Shown here: positions 21,538 to 32,335 of the stretch, piece by piece
Layout: each line of letters starts with the position of its first letter
How positions within the stretch are numbered: position 1 is the stretch's first letter
From: an uncultured delta proteobacterium
GTDB taxonomy: Bacteria; Desulfobacterota; RBG-13-43-22
NCBI GenBank assembly: GCA_963743305.1
Contig: CAVUPH010000014.1
Location: 288,001 to 352,000, forward strand
DNA: 64,000 nucleotides
Direction: 5' to 3'
The notes under the pieces: model-generated
Told to the model about the DNA's origin: nothing
The model's input: only the letters and a program-made list of their open reading frames with translations
The model's database searches: none
Translations under genes and position numbers: made by a program

Positions 21538-22293
21538 ATGGACTACGTAAAAATGGAAAATATAGTTAAAACCTATGGCACGGGTGAGGGAAAGGTGGCC
21601 GCCCTTCAGGGAATCAGCCTGTCCATTCAAACCGATGAATTCGTGGCCATCATGGGCGAATCGGGATCGGGAAAATCAACCCTGCTATCCATCCTGGGCG
21701 TTTTGAATACCCCTTCCGGCGGTTCCTATCAGGTGAACGGGGTTGAGGTCTATTCCCTGACCAGTGAACAGCAGGCCGACTTTCGGCGGGAAAATTTGGG
21801 ATTCGTTTTTCAAAGCTTTCACCTGATCCCCTACCTGTCGGTGGCGGAGAACGTCATGCTGCCGCTGACCACCAAGCGTCTCAAGGAAAAGATCAAGCGG
21901 GAAATGGCCGACGAGGCCCTGTCCCGGGTGGGCCTGGCTTCCAAGGGCCACCGCTTGCCGAACCAGATCTCCGGCGGGGAGCAGGAGCGCGTGGCCATCG
22001 CCCGGGCCGTGGTCAACCGACCGCCGATTCTGCTGGCCGACGAACCCACCGGGAACCTGGACACCCGGACCGGCCTGGAGATCCTGGAGTTGCTTCAAGA
22101 GCTGAATGGGGAGGGCATGACCATCATCATGGTCACCCACAGCCCGGAATGGTCCCGTTATACCCATCGGATCCTGCAGATTTCCGATGGTCGGCTGAAG
22201 GGGGAGGAGACCAACTCCGCCCCGCTCGCGTTGGTTCCGGCCGAATTCGGGCTGCCTGGTTTTTCGGCGGGAAGGCTGGCGGCGGCGGGTTGA
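21538..22293 (+). CDS. LolD/MacB-type ABC ATP-binding protein
   Basis: Walker [10 protein letters not shown], signature [25 protein letters not shown] and VTH. Confidence 0.93.
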   Translation: MDYVKMENIVKTYGTGEGKVAALQGISLSIQTDEFVAIMGESGSGKSTLLSILGVLNTPSGGSYQVNGVEVYSLTSEQQADFRRENLGFVFQSFHLIPYLSVAENVMLPLTTKRLKEKIKREMADEALSRVGLASKGHRLPNQISGGEQERVAIARAVVNRPPILLADEPTGNLDTRTGLEILELLQELNGEGMTIIMVTHSPEWSRYTHRILQISDGRLKGEETNSAPLALVPAEFGLPGFSAGRLAAAG

Positions 22294-22617
22294 TTATTAG
22301 CAGTCTTATAAAATGGTTTCGCAAAAAGTCACCGAAAGATCGTTTTCGTCATTCCTCGCAATCGGACTCGCTTAGTTAATTCACGGACCGGTCACCGGGG
22401 TGAGATGGAGTTATCTTTTGAATAGTAATCGCTGACGACAAGCCGATGATCTTTCAAACTGGACCGTCACGCGCGGATTGAGGCGACGGAGCAATCCGAA
22501 GGAAGCAGATCGTTGCTGATGGCGCCCTCGAACTTCCGGATACCCGCAATCCGCGGCCCGGATTTGCTCCGACGTTCCAGATATAAACGGTCTCAAAATA
22601 GTACCAACATCGTAGCG

Positions 22618-22702
22618 CGTCATCCCCGCAGCGTTTTTGAGCGGGGATCCAGGTCTTTCTCAGGGAACACTGGATCCCCGATAAAGACATTCGGGGATGA
22701 CG
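22618..22702. repeat. REP/RS3-like palindromic element
   Basis: CGTCATCCCCG...CGGGGATCCA, spacer, TGGATCCCCG...CGGGGATGACG: two hairpins within an outer inverted repeat. Absent from duplication unit 2. Confidence 0.75.
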
Positions 22703-22766
22703 TAGAAATTAAATGTAAAAATAATCATGAGATAGTTAATACAAAGCTTCCAGAAAATTCCGAAGG

Positions 22767-25700
22767 TCAATTGGTTATGTTAATCGTCATCCCGTTGCTG
22801 ATGGCCCCCTTCGAGTTCCGGATTTTCACGGTCACAGATCCGGGAGTGCCGCCGCTGTTCCAACTTGGAAGGTGACCGAAGTCGGGGACCAACTGGTCGC
22901 CGTCAGGGTCGCGCCACCGATCAGAACCGCGCCGGGGGTGGTGTTGGGGCCGAATCCCCCTCCGTAGACGGTGAATAGTGTAATTGGTGTTCTTGGCCAC
23001 GGTCGACGGGCTCACCCTGGTGATCGTGGGCTGCTCCAGGGTGACCGTCGGCGTGCAGTCGGCCGTGTATCCGTAGCGGTTGTCGATATAGAGCAGATAC
23101 AGCGGGGCCACGGCCGTGTAATACCCGAGACGGTGGTCGTTAGAACGCGCGTCAAAGGGGTGGAGGCGATACCCCTTCAAACTTCAATCCGGGAATGATT
23201 TTTCGGGTCGAATCATAGAAATAGAACAATCTTACCGGTGCAGGTGCTCGGCGATCCGGGCCGTGCTCCCGATGCCCGAGGAAAAGGAAGCCGGGGGACT
23301 GGAGGTGGTAGCCTGGATGGTCAGCAGACCGGAACTGAGGGCCGGTGGGACGGTGCTCTGAAACACGGTGTTTACCGGCTGGTCCATCACCACCGGCGCC
23401 GTCCGGGAGGTCCAGTTCCAGGACTTCACCGGTTCAAAGGATTTGCTCCAGTAGGCCTGGGCAAATTCCTTGTAAAAATCATCAAATTTTTTGCCGGTAA
23501 CGAACTCGATGGCCTTTAGCGGGTCTACCACGTTATCCATGTCGACGGTCATGGCCCAAAAGGTTTGAAATACCGCCTTGCTTCCATAATTTTGTTTCAG
23601 GTACTCGGCCAAAGCCATGGCCCCGTTCATTTCTTCGGGTTCCATACTATTCCAGTCGGCGTACCCGGTCCGCAGCCATTCTTCGCCCCAGGAAGGATGG
23701 ATATCCTTGGTATAATAACCGAGATGGGATGGATAGACCTCATACTGGGCCCAGATGGCCGTGGCCTCCTCATACCAGACCGGGTTCATGTACCGTCCGG
23801 AGGGCGAGGCGTTGGTTTTCTGTAGCACATGCATAAATTCGTGGACGGCCGTATCCTGGAGATATTCCAGGGTCAGGACATTGTTGATCAGGATATAGAA
23901 ATTGTTCAGGTCTGCCGAAAGCCGGGGTGACTCCGGTCTCGAAGAGCTCGCCGCCCAGGGGGCCACCTTGACCACGACCGGTTCAGCGGGCATGATGGCC
24001 CCCAGGCCCTGGAAGTGGCTGTACCCCGTCTCCAGGGCGTCGAGCAGATTCACGGCATAGGCGAGCGGGCAGTCGGCGGTGTTAAACAGGACGACGAAAC
24101 GGGGGGTGACGAGCTTGTCGTTGGGCAGGCCCACGGCGTGCCAGACGCCGGTGGTCCCCAGCCAGTTCAACCCGCGGCCGGATCCAACTGGGAGAGGCGG
24201 GGGCGTTCAGGTTGGCGGCCCGCTGGAGGGTCGTCTCGTTCTGCAGGGCGCCGCTCAGGGGATAGGTGCCGGCCGGGAGTTTCAGGGTGATGTACCCGGC
24301 CATGGTCGAGTCCGGACTGTATTCGATGGGAAAGGCATCCTGGATGTTCGAATCGTAAAAGGCCATGATCGGGTTCGCCGCGCTGCTTCCCTGGGGCATA
24401 TGGATCAGGAGGTCCTGATTGAGCTGGGTCACTTCGGGCGTGAACCTGAAATAGTAGACCAGACTCTTGTCGCTCACCGAGTCGCGAACGGGATAAATAT
24501 TGTCCTGGGAATAAAACGACACCTGATACCCTCCCGGGTTGTAGGGCAACGCCCCCGCCGGGATCTCCAGGGCGGCGACGCCGGCCCACAAGACTCCGCC
24601 CTTGGCCGGATCGATCGTTTTAACGGCGGAAGTCGGGGCCCCGTAGGCGTTCACCGTAACGGTGGCGTGTTTGACGGTCGGATTCGTCCCTTCCCCGGTG
24701 ACGGTGAAGTGGTAGACACCGGGGGTCGTGAATTGATAAAACACCCTGATCTCCCCATCGTAATTATTGCGGACGGCCGTGGCAAAGAGCCCTTCATCCG
24801 AACTCAAGGAATAGCCCTGGTAATGGGACAAGGCCACCCACTGACCGGGCGCCACCGTCAGGCCGGCCCCGTTGCTGTCCAGCGGAAATCCCAGATAGGG
24901 GACGGCGGGCGCCTTTACCTGCTGGGAAGCGCAGGAGACGCCGTTGATTTTGAATTCGAGGGTGCCGTACTGTTCGGACAGGGGTTGGTAGACCGACGGC
25001 TCGGGCTGGGGGATCGATATCGTGTAATGAAGGACGCTTTCACTGCCGGTGAAACTATTTTCTTCCAGGGGATTCATTAAAAAACGAGCGCCGTTGTAAT
25101 AAAGGGCGTTATGGGCCGGGATGTTCGAGAAACCCGACGCCTTGGCGGTGATATGCAGGTTCGATCCGGAAAGGGTGCCGGCAGGGGTAAGCTGAACCTC
25201 CGGGGCGATATCGTTAAAGGACTCGGCGGAACGGGTGGTCAGTTCTCCTTGGGAGACCACGAACAGTGTGCCCCCCGAAACGGCCAGCGGTCCGGGTTGC
25301 GTGACGGGTATCGACCCCACCACATCCGAAAGGGGGCCGGACACCACCGAGACCACATTGCCGGTGCCGTTCGACAGGTAGGTCCGGCCATTGGTCCCGG
25401 CCGCCAGGTAGTATAAACCTCGGAATCCGGGGTATTCGAAAAGAAGGCTATCCAGGGGATTGGTCCCCACGGCGGTCAGCAGATAGGCACCGGTATAGTC
25501 GGAGGCCCCACAGCTCTTATCGGGACGGGTGGCCAGCAGCCGACCTTCGCTGTTGACCGCCAATCCCTCCAGGACCCCAAGTCCTCCCATCCCCGTGCTG
25601 TGATCACCCAGGACCTGTCCGTTGGAGGCCTGCAGCACGCGGACCCAGAGTTGCGGACCGGACAGCCGAACCAGTAGTCGTGAATGCGCGACATGGACAG

Positions 25701-26680
25701 GTACAGAAGATCTCCGGAGGGTTCATAGGCCAAATTCCAAACTTCCTCTCCGGCTGGAACGGCATAGAGCACAGTTAGGGTACTCCCCGCCACCGTCGCG
25801 ACTTTTTTCGAAGCCGGGTTGGTCTGAGACGACATGATCAGAAAGACCTTGCCTCCGCCCGGATCCGCGGCCAGACGGCTGAACCCGTATTCCAGCCCCT
25901 GGGCCGGGGCCGAGTTGGTGAGGTCGGCAAACGTGGATAGCCCGCCGGAGGCGTTGGCCTGATAAACGATCGGAGCGGCGGCGACATAAGCGGTCCCGGA
26001 CGGTCCGTTCGCCAGGTCGGTGATCGTAGTACCCGCGCGAGAGTTGCAACGGTTCCGCGTAGAGGGTCTGTCCGGAGACGATTTTGTTTGTCGTATCGAC
26101 CACGATATTGCTGATGGGCAGATTGGAAGAAAGCATCCCGGCATTTTCAGTCGTTGCTGTCTGTTCCAAGGCATTGGAAACCGACCCGGAGGAGATGATC
26201 AGCCGGGATTCGTCCAAAAAGGCCGTGGAAACCTTGGAATAATCGATGGAAATGGTCACCGGAAAGTTGAATTGATAGAAATTGTAGGGGTCTTCGCCGG
26301 GGTTCAACTGACAGAGGATGTAAAAATTGAATTCGAGCCACGAAGCGTTTTGGTCCGGGGTTTCGATGTGCAGGGTGCAGTTGGGATAATTCACCGCTCC
26401 CTGGGGAAAGTCGAGGGCCATCCGGCCGCCCAGGGCCTGGATTTTCCCACCGCCCCAGTCGACCGAAAAGGTTTCATGGCTGGGCTGGACCGGGATGATT
26501 GGGGCCGGATCTTTCAGAATCACCGGGAGAAAGATATGGGTCTTCGGAACCGAAAGCCGGTCTACGGATCGAGAATCATCCGATTTTGCCGCCGCGGTTG
26601 ACGTCCCCGGGAATAATCCGGTCAACATAGACACAAGAAATAAAACTGAAATCCGGTAGCCTAACCCGCAGCATTCTCAT
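22767..26680 (-). CDS. Large secreted multidomain zinc metallopeptidase, copy 1 (~1300 aa, several frameshifts)
   Basis: Reassembled from ORFs 25723-26634, 25476-26174, 24082-25638, 23232-24170 and 22767-23180. Signal peptide, THIFLPVILK, ZU5-like segments (LDFPQGAV, LEIPAGAL), propeller-like region, AVHEFMH...WYEEATA, C-terminal IPT/TIG-like domain. Confidence 0.75.
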
Positions 26681-26805
26681 CTGGTCCTCTCCATTAATCT
26701 TAAGTGGAATCAATATATTCTGCTCATAGACAAGCGGACGGATTATAAACAATCCAAAACAAAAATGCAATCCCCCGAAAGTAGGGTTTTTAAAGTTTTA
26801 CTTGA

Positions 26806-27165
26806 TTGGCTTCCAAGGGCCACCGATTGCCGAACCAGATCTCCGGGGGGGAACAGGAGCGCGTGGCCATCGCCCGGGCCGTGGTCAACCGCCCGCCGAT
26901 CCTGCTGGCGGATGAACCCACCGGGAACCTGGACACCCGGACAGGCCGGGAGATCATGCACTTACTTCAAGAGCTGAACGGAGAGGGTATGACCATCATC
27001 ATGGTCACCCACAGCCCGGAATGGGCCCGCTATACCCATCGGGTCCTGCATATTTCCGACGGGCGACTGCAGGGGGAAGAAATCCATTCCGCCCCGCTTG
27101 AGTTGGCAGCGGCGGAATTCAGCCAACCTGATTTTTCGGCAGGAAGGCCGGCGGTGTCGAGTTGA
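26806..27165 (+). pseudogene. 5'-truncated copy of the ABC ATPase (signature to C-terminus; no Walker A)
   Basis: Near-identical to the 3' half of 21538-22293. Begins abruptly at the duplication junction. Confidence 0.85.
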
Positions 27166-27359
27166 TCAACTACGCCCCGCCACGGGATCGCTTTACTCCT
27201 CAACCTGCCGGACTGGCAGACTTTTTAAGAATCCGTCCCAGGTGATATGGTTATATGCCGGCGGTTGCTGATGGCGCCCTCAAAATTCCGGATGCCCGCA
27301 ATCCGCGGCCCGGATTGGCCCCGCCGTTCCAGATGAAAGGCTCCAGGGAATTCCAAAGG

Positions 27360-30300
27360 TCAATTGGTTATGGTAATCGTTATCCCGTTGCTTCTGGCCC
27401 CCTTCTTGTTCAAGATGTACACGGTCACCGAACCGGGAGTGGCGCCGCTATTCCAACTGAAGGTGACCGAAGTCGGAGACCAACTGGTCGCCGTCGGGGT
27501 CGCGCCACCGATCAGGACCGAACCGGGAGTGGTGTTGGGGCCGAACCCCCCACCCGAGACGGTGAATGATCTGGTAGTATTTTTGGGGACAGATGACGGA
27601 TATACCCCGTTGACCGTGGGCTGCTTCCAGGGTGACGGTCGGCGTGCAGTCGGCTGTGTTTCATCCGTAGCGGTTATCGATATAGAGCAGATACAGCGGG
27701 GCCCCGACCGTGTATTCCCCGAGACGGTGGTCGTGATAAAGCGCGTCAAAGTCCGGAGGAGGCGATACTCCTTCAAACTTCAATCCGGGAATGATTTTTC
27801 GGGTCGAATCATAGAAATAGAAATTCTTGCCGGTGCAGGTGCTCGCAATCCGGGCCGTGCTCCCGATGCCCGAGGCAAAGGAGGCCGGGGGACTGGTGGT
27901 GGTGGCCTGGATGGTCAGGAGACCGGAACTGAGGGCCGGGACGGTGCTCTGAAATACACGGTGTTTACCGGCTGGGTCATCACGAGGGGATCCGTCCGGG
28001 AGGACCAGTTCCAGGATTTCACCGGTTCAAAGGATTTGCTCCAGTAGGCCTGGGCAAATTCCTTGTAAAAATCTGCGAATGGTTTGCCGGTAACGGTCTC
28101 GATGGCCCCCGCCGGTCCCGTCCAATCGTCCGACATGGTCCAGAAGGTTTCCAGGACCGCCGTAGCTTTTTTGCTTTGGAGGTAAACGGCCAGGGCCATG
28201 GCCCCGTTCATTTCTTCGGGCTCCATGTTATTCCAGTTGGCGTACCCGTTCCGCAGCCATTCCTCACCCCAGGATGGATGGATGTCCTTGGTATAATAGC
28301 CGGTATGGGACGGGTAGACCTCATATTGGGCCCAGATGGCGGTGGCCTCTTCCCACCAGAGCGGGTTCAAGTTCCGTCCGACGTACCAGGAGTTGGTTTT
28401 CTGCAGCACGTGCATGAATTCGTGGACGGCCGTGTCCTGTAGATATTCCAAAGTCAGGGCGTTGTTGATGAAGATATAAAAATTAGCCAGGCTGTTGACG
28501 GCGGGGGTGAGGCCGGGGGTCGTGGTGCCGGCGACCCAGGGGGCCACTTTGACATACACCGCCGTGGCGGGCATGACCGACCCCATGGCCTGGAAGTGGC
28601 TGTACCCCGTTTCCAGGGCGTCGAGCAGGTTCGCCGGCATAGGAGGGCGAGCAGTCGGCGGAGTTGAACAGGATGACGAAGCGGGCGGTGACGAGCTTGT
28701 CGTTGGGCAGGCCCACGGCGTGCCAGACGCCGGTGGTCCCCAGCCAGTTCAACCCGCGCCGGAGCCAACTGGGAGAGGCGGGGGCCTTCAGGTTGACGGC
28801 CCGCTGGAGGGTCGTCTCGTTCTGAAGGGAGCCGCTCAGGGGATAGGTTCCCGCCGGGAGCTTCAGCGTGATGTACCCGGCCATGGTCGAGTCCGGACCG
28901 TATTCGATGGGAAAGGCGTCCTGGATGTTCGAATCGTAAAAGGCCATGACCGGGTTCGCGCCGCCGCTGCCCTGGGGCATATGGACCAGGATGTCCTGAT
29001 TGAGCAGGGTCACTTCGGGAGTGAACTTGAAATAATACACCAGGCTCTTGTCGCTCACCGAGTCGCGAACCGGATAGGTATTCGCCTGGGAATAAAATGA
29101 CACCTGATACCCTCCCGGGTTGGAGGTAGCGCCCCCGCGGGGATCTCCAGGGCGGCCACACCCGCCCACAAGACCCCGCCCTTGGCCGGGTCGATCGTTT
29201 TAACGGCGGAAGCCGGGGCCCCGTAGGCGTTCACCGTAACGGTGGCGTGTTTGACGGTCGGATTCGTCCCTTCCCCGGTAACGGTGAAGTGGTAGACACC
29301 GGGGGTCGTGAATTGATAAAACACCCCCATATAGCTACCATGATGGCCGCGGCGAAGAGCCCTTCGTCCGAACTCAAGGAATAGCCCTGGTAATGGGACA
29401 AAGCCACCCACTGACCGGGTGCCACCGTCAGGGCGGCCCCGGTGCTGTCCAGCGGAAATACCAGATAGGGGACGGCGGGCGCCTTTACCCGCTGGGAAGC
29501 GCAGGAGATGCCGTTGATTTTAAATTCGAGGGTGCCGTACTGTTCGGTCAGGGGTTGGTACGACCGAAGGATCGGGCTGGGGGATCGATATCGTGTAATG
29601 CAGGACGCTTTCACTGCCGGTGAAACCAGATTCTTCCAGGGGATCCATTAAAAAACGAGTCCCGTTGTAATAAAGGACGTTATGGGCCGGAATGTTCGAG
29701 AAACCCGGCGCCTTGGCGGTGATGTGCAGGTTCGATCCGGAAAGGGTGCTGGAAGGGGTAAGCTGAACCTCCGGGGCGATCTCGTTAAAGGACTCGGCGG
29801 AACGGGTGGTCAGTTCTCCTTGGGAGACCACGAACAGTGTGCCCCCCGAAACGGCCAGCGGTCCGGGTTGCGTGACGGGTATCGACCCCACCACATCCGA
29901 AAGGGCGCCGGCCACCACCGAGACCACATTGCCGGTGCCGTTCGAAAGGTAGGTCCGGCCATTGGTCCCGGCCGCCAGGTATCCCAGACCGCGAAACCCG
30001 GGGTATGACGATGAGAAGCCATCCAGGGGATTGGTCCCCGCCGCGGTCAGCAGCGAGGCGCCGGTATAGTCTGAGGAGCCACAGCTTTTGGAGGGCAGGG
30101 CCGCCAGCAGTCGCCCTTCGCTGTTGACCGCCAACCCCTCCAGGACCCCAAGTCCTCCCATCCCCGTGCTGTGGTCACCCAGGACCTGTCCGTTGGAGGC
30201 CTGCAGCACGCGGACCCAGAGGTTGCGGACCGGACAGCCGAACCAGGAGTCTTGAACGCGCGACATGGACAGGTACAGGAAATCTCCAGAGGGTTCATAG

Positions 30301-31244
30301 GCCAAATTCCATACTTCCTCTCCGGCTGGAACGGCGTAGAGCACATTCAAGCCGCTCCCCTCGGCCGTCACCACTTTCTTCGAAGCCTGGGTCTGGGAAG
30401 ACAGGATCAGAAAGACCTTCCCTCCGCCGGGGTCCGCGGCCAGACGGCTGAACCCTTTCAAAAGCCCCTGGGCCGGGGCCGAGTCGGTAAGGTCGGCAAC
30501 AGTTGAGAGGCCGCCGGACGCGTTGGCCTGATAAACGATCGGGGCGGCGGCGACATACGCAGTCCCGGCCGGTCCGGACGCCAGGTCGGTGATCGTGTAC
30601 CCGCGGGAGAGATGCAACTGTCCCGTGTAAAGGGTCTGTCCGGAAACAATTTTATTGACCGTATCCAGTGATATATTATCGATGGGGATATTGCTCGAAA
30701 GGGTTTCCATCCCCGCTACGGCTTCCGGCTGCGTCAACGCCCCGACCGCCGGTCCGTCGGAAATAATGAGCCGTTTCTCGTCAAAAAATACGGTGGAGAT
30801 TTTGGAATAATCGATGGCAATGGTTACCGGAAAATTGAATCTATAGATCTTGATGGGATCCTCGATGCCGTTCAGACAAATAATGTAAAAATCGACCTGA
30901 AGCCAGGGGTCGTTCTGATCGGGGGTTTCGATATGGAGCGTACATCCGTTCCGGTCAAAAGCCCCTTGCGGGAAATCGAGTTTCATCCGCCCGTCAAGGG
31001 CGGTAATGGTTCCGCCGGACCAGCCGATCGTATAGGTTTCATGGCTGGGCTGGACCGGGATCATCGGGGCCGGATCTTTCAGTACCACCGGGAGAAAGAT
31101 ATGGGTCCTCGGAACCGAAAGCCGGTTCACGGAGCGATAATCATCCGATTTTGCCGCTGCGGTTGTCGTCCCCGTGATTAACCCGCTCCACATTGCCACA
31201 AGAAATAAAACTGAAATCCGGCAGCCTAGCCTGTACCTTCTCAT
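27360..31244 (-). CDS. Large secreted multidomain zinc metallopeptidase, copy 2 (~1295 aa, several frameshifts)
   Basis: Paralog of 22767-26680. THIFLPVVLK, AVHEFMH...WWEEATA, C-terminal GGGFGPNTTPGSVLIGG...SWSPTSV IPT-like domain. Confidence 0.75.
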
Positions 31245-31361
31245 CGGGTCCCTCCGTTAATCTTAAGTGGAATCAATAGATTTTGTTCATAGACAAGCGC
31301 CCGGATCATAAACAATCCAAAACAAAATAGCAATCCCTCGAAAGTGGGGGTTTTTAAAATA

Positions 31362-31506
31362 TGATGGTTTCGCAAAAAGTCCCCAGCGCTGTCATTGCGA
31401 GGAGTGAAGCGACGAAGCAATCCCCAAGAATCAGCTAGTTACCATGGTGGGGATTGCTTCGCTTCGCTCGCAATGACAGGTTTTTGGACTTTTTGCAAGG
31501 TTATCA
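31362..31506. mobile_element. MITE/REP-like element, type A
   Basis: Imperfect TIRs TGATGGTTTCGCAAAAAGTCC and GGACTTTTTGCAAGGTTATCA around the palindrome GTCATTGCGAG...GAAGCAATCCCC...GGGATTGCTTCG...CTCGCAATGAC. Near-identical copy at 44024. Confidence 0.8.
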
Positions 31507-31760
31507 GAATATTACTTGTTGATGGATTGTTTGGGGAAGGGATAAGGGATCATGGTCCGGTCCCAGGGTTTCTCCGGGTGAGTGCCCGGTCGGCGGGTCA
31601 GATGCCGGATCATCTGGATCAGTGCCCGCTGACCGCTTTGCAGAAATTTCCACCTATTTTTCTTAAAACGCATTGAAACTTTCTTAGGACATAACAGGAG
31701 CGGGGTCAATTCTTTATTATTAACACGAACAGCTTCATCGCTTTTTTCCGTTTTATCTTT

Positions 31761-32015
31761 TTAATCCTGAGGAAGCTTTGGAAGTTCCTGGAGCGCCTTG
31801 GCAAATCTTTCCGGATTAAACGTTTCCTGTTTTTTCACGACATCAAAAATCTCCGCCACGACAACGCACCCAATCAGCTTCTTGGAATCTTCTACTGAAT
31901 ACCCTTCCGCTATCAAACGATCAAATGTTTGACGCGTCTCGGGCGGATCATTTCTCTTAAGCTGCGTTTCGACGACTTCAAGAATTGCTGATTTCAAATA
32001 AGGATTTTCTTTCAT
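31761..32015 (-). CDS. Small conserved hypothetical helical protein
   Basis: Clean 84-aa ORF (NPYLKSAILEVVETQL...DPPETRQTFDRL) resembling a widespread uncharacterised family. Confidence 0.65.
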   Translation of the reverse strand: MKENPYLKSAILEVVETQLKRNDPPETRQTFDRLIAEGYSVEDSKKLIGCVVVAEIFDVVKKQETFNPERFAKALQELPKLPQD

Positions 32016-32055
32016 AATTCACTGCCTTTCTACTGGGATCAGTACCTCGTTTCTT

Positions 32056-32335
32056 CTAGCGAAAAACAATCTTGATATCCTCCCGTTCCTGGGCCACGTG
32101 CTTCAGGACCGTGCGTATTCTCTGGAAGTCCCGTATTCATGGCCTGCTTCGAAACCGTCGCGTGTTCCCAAAGGATCTCACAGGGTCCGTCCAGATCGGT
32201 GGTCAACACATCGGCCAGGGCATCCAGGTTCCGACCGAAATAGTCCGGCAACGGCAGCACCTTTCCGATTACCTGATAGAACGAATCGAGCGACTGAATG
32301 GCTTGACCGTCAAGCACATATTTTTTTACCGGCAT
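32056..32335 (-). CDS. Barstar-family ribonuclease inhibitor (frameshift near 32135)
   Basis: Motifs YVLDGQAI, LPDYFGRNLDALADVL and ILWEH. The shifted frame ends DIKIVFR at TAG 32056. Start overlaps the RNase stop. Confidence 0.8.

Larger units (their letters stand above)
21935..31360. repeat. Direct tandem duplication: unit 1 ~21935-26806, unit 2 ~26807-31360
   Basis: Both units start with TGGCTTCCAAGGGCCACCG (inside the ABC ATPase). Both contain the large minus-strand gene and end with the same promoter region (AAACAATCCAAAACAAAA...CGAAAGT...TTTTTAAA). Confidence 0.9.

Noticed and set aside
22767-31244. Diversity-generating retroelement (TR/VR pair) as the explanation for the two similar genes
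   Set aside because: Mismatches involve all four bases, are largely synonymous and span kilobases rather than being adenine-specific over ~100 bp. No reverse transcriptase is in the window.
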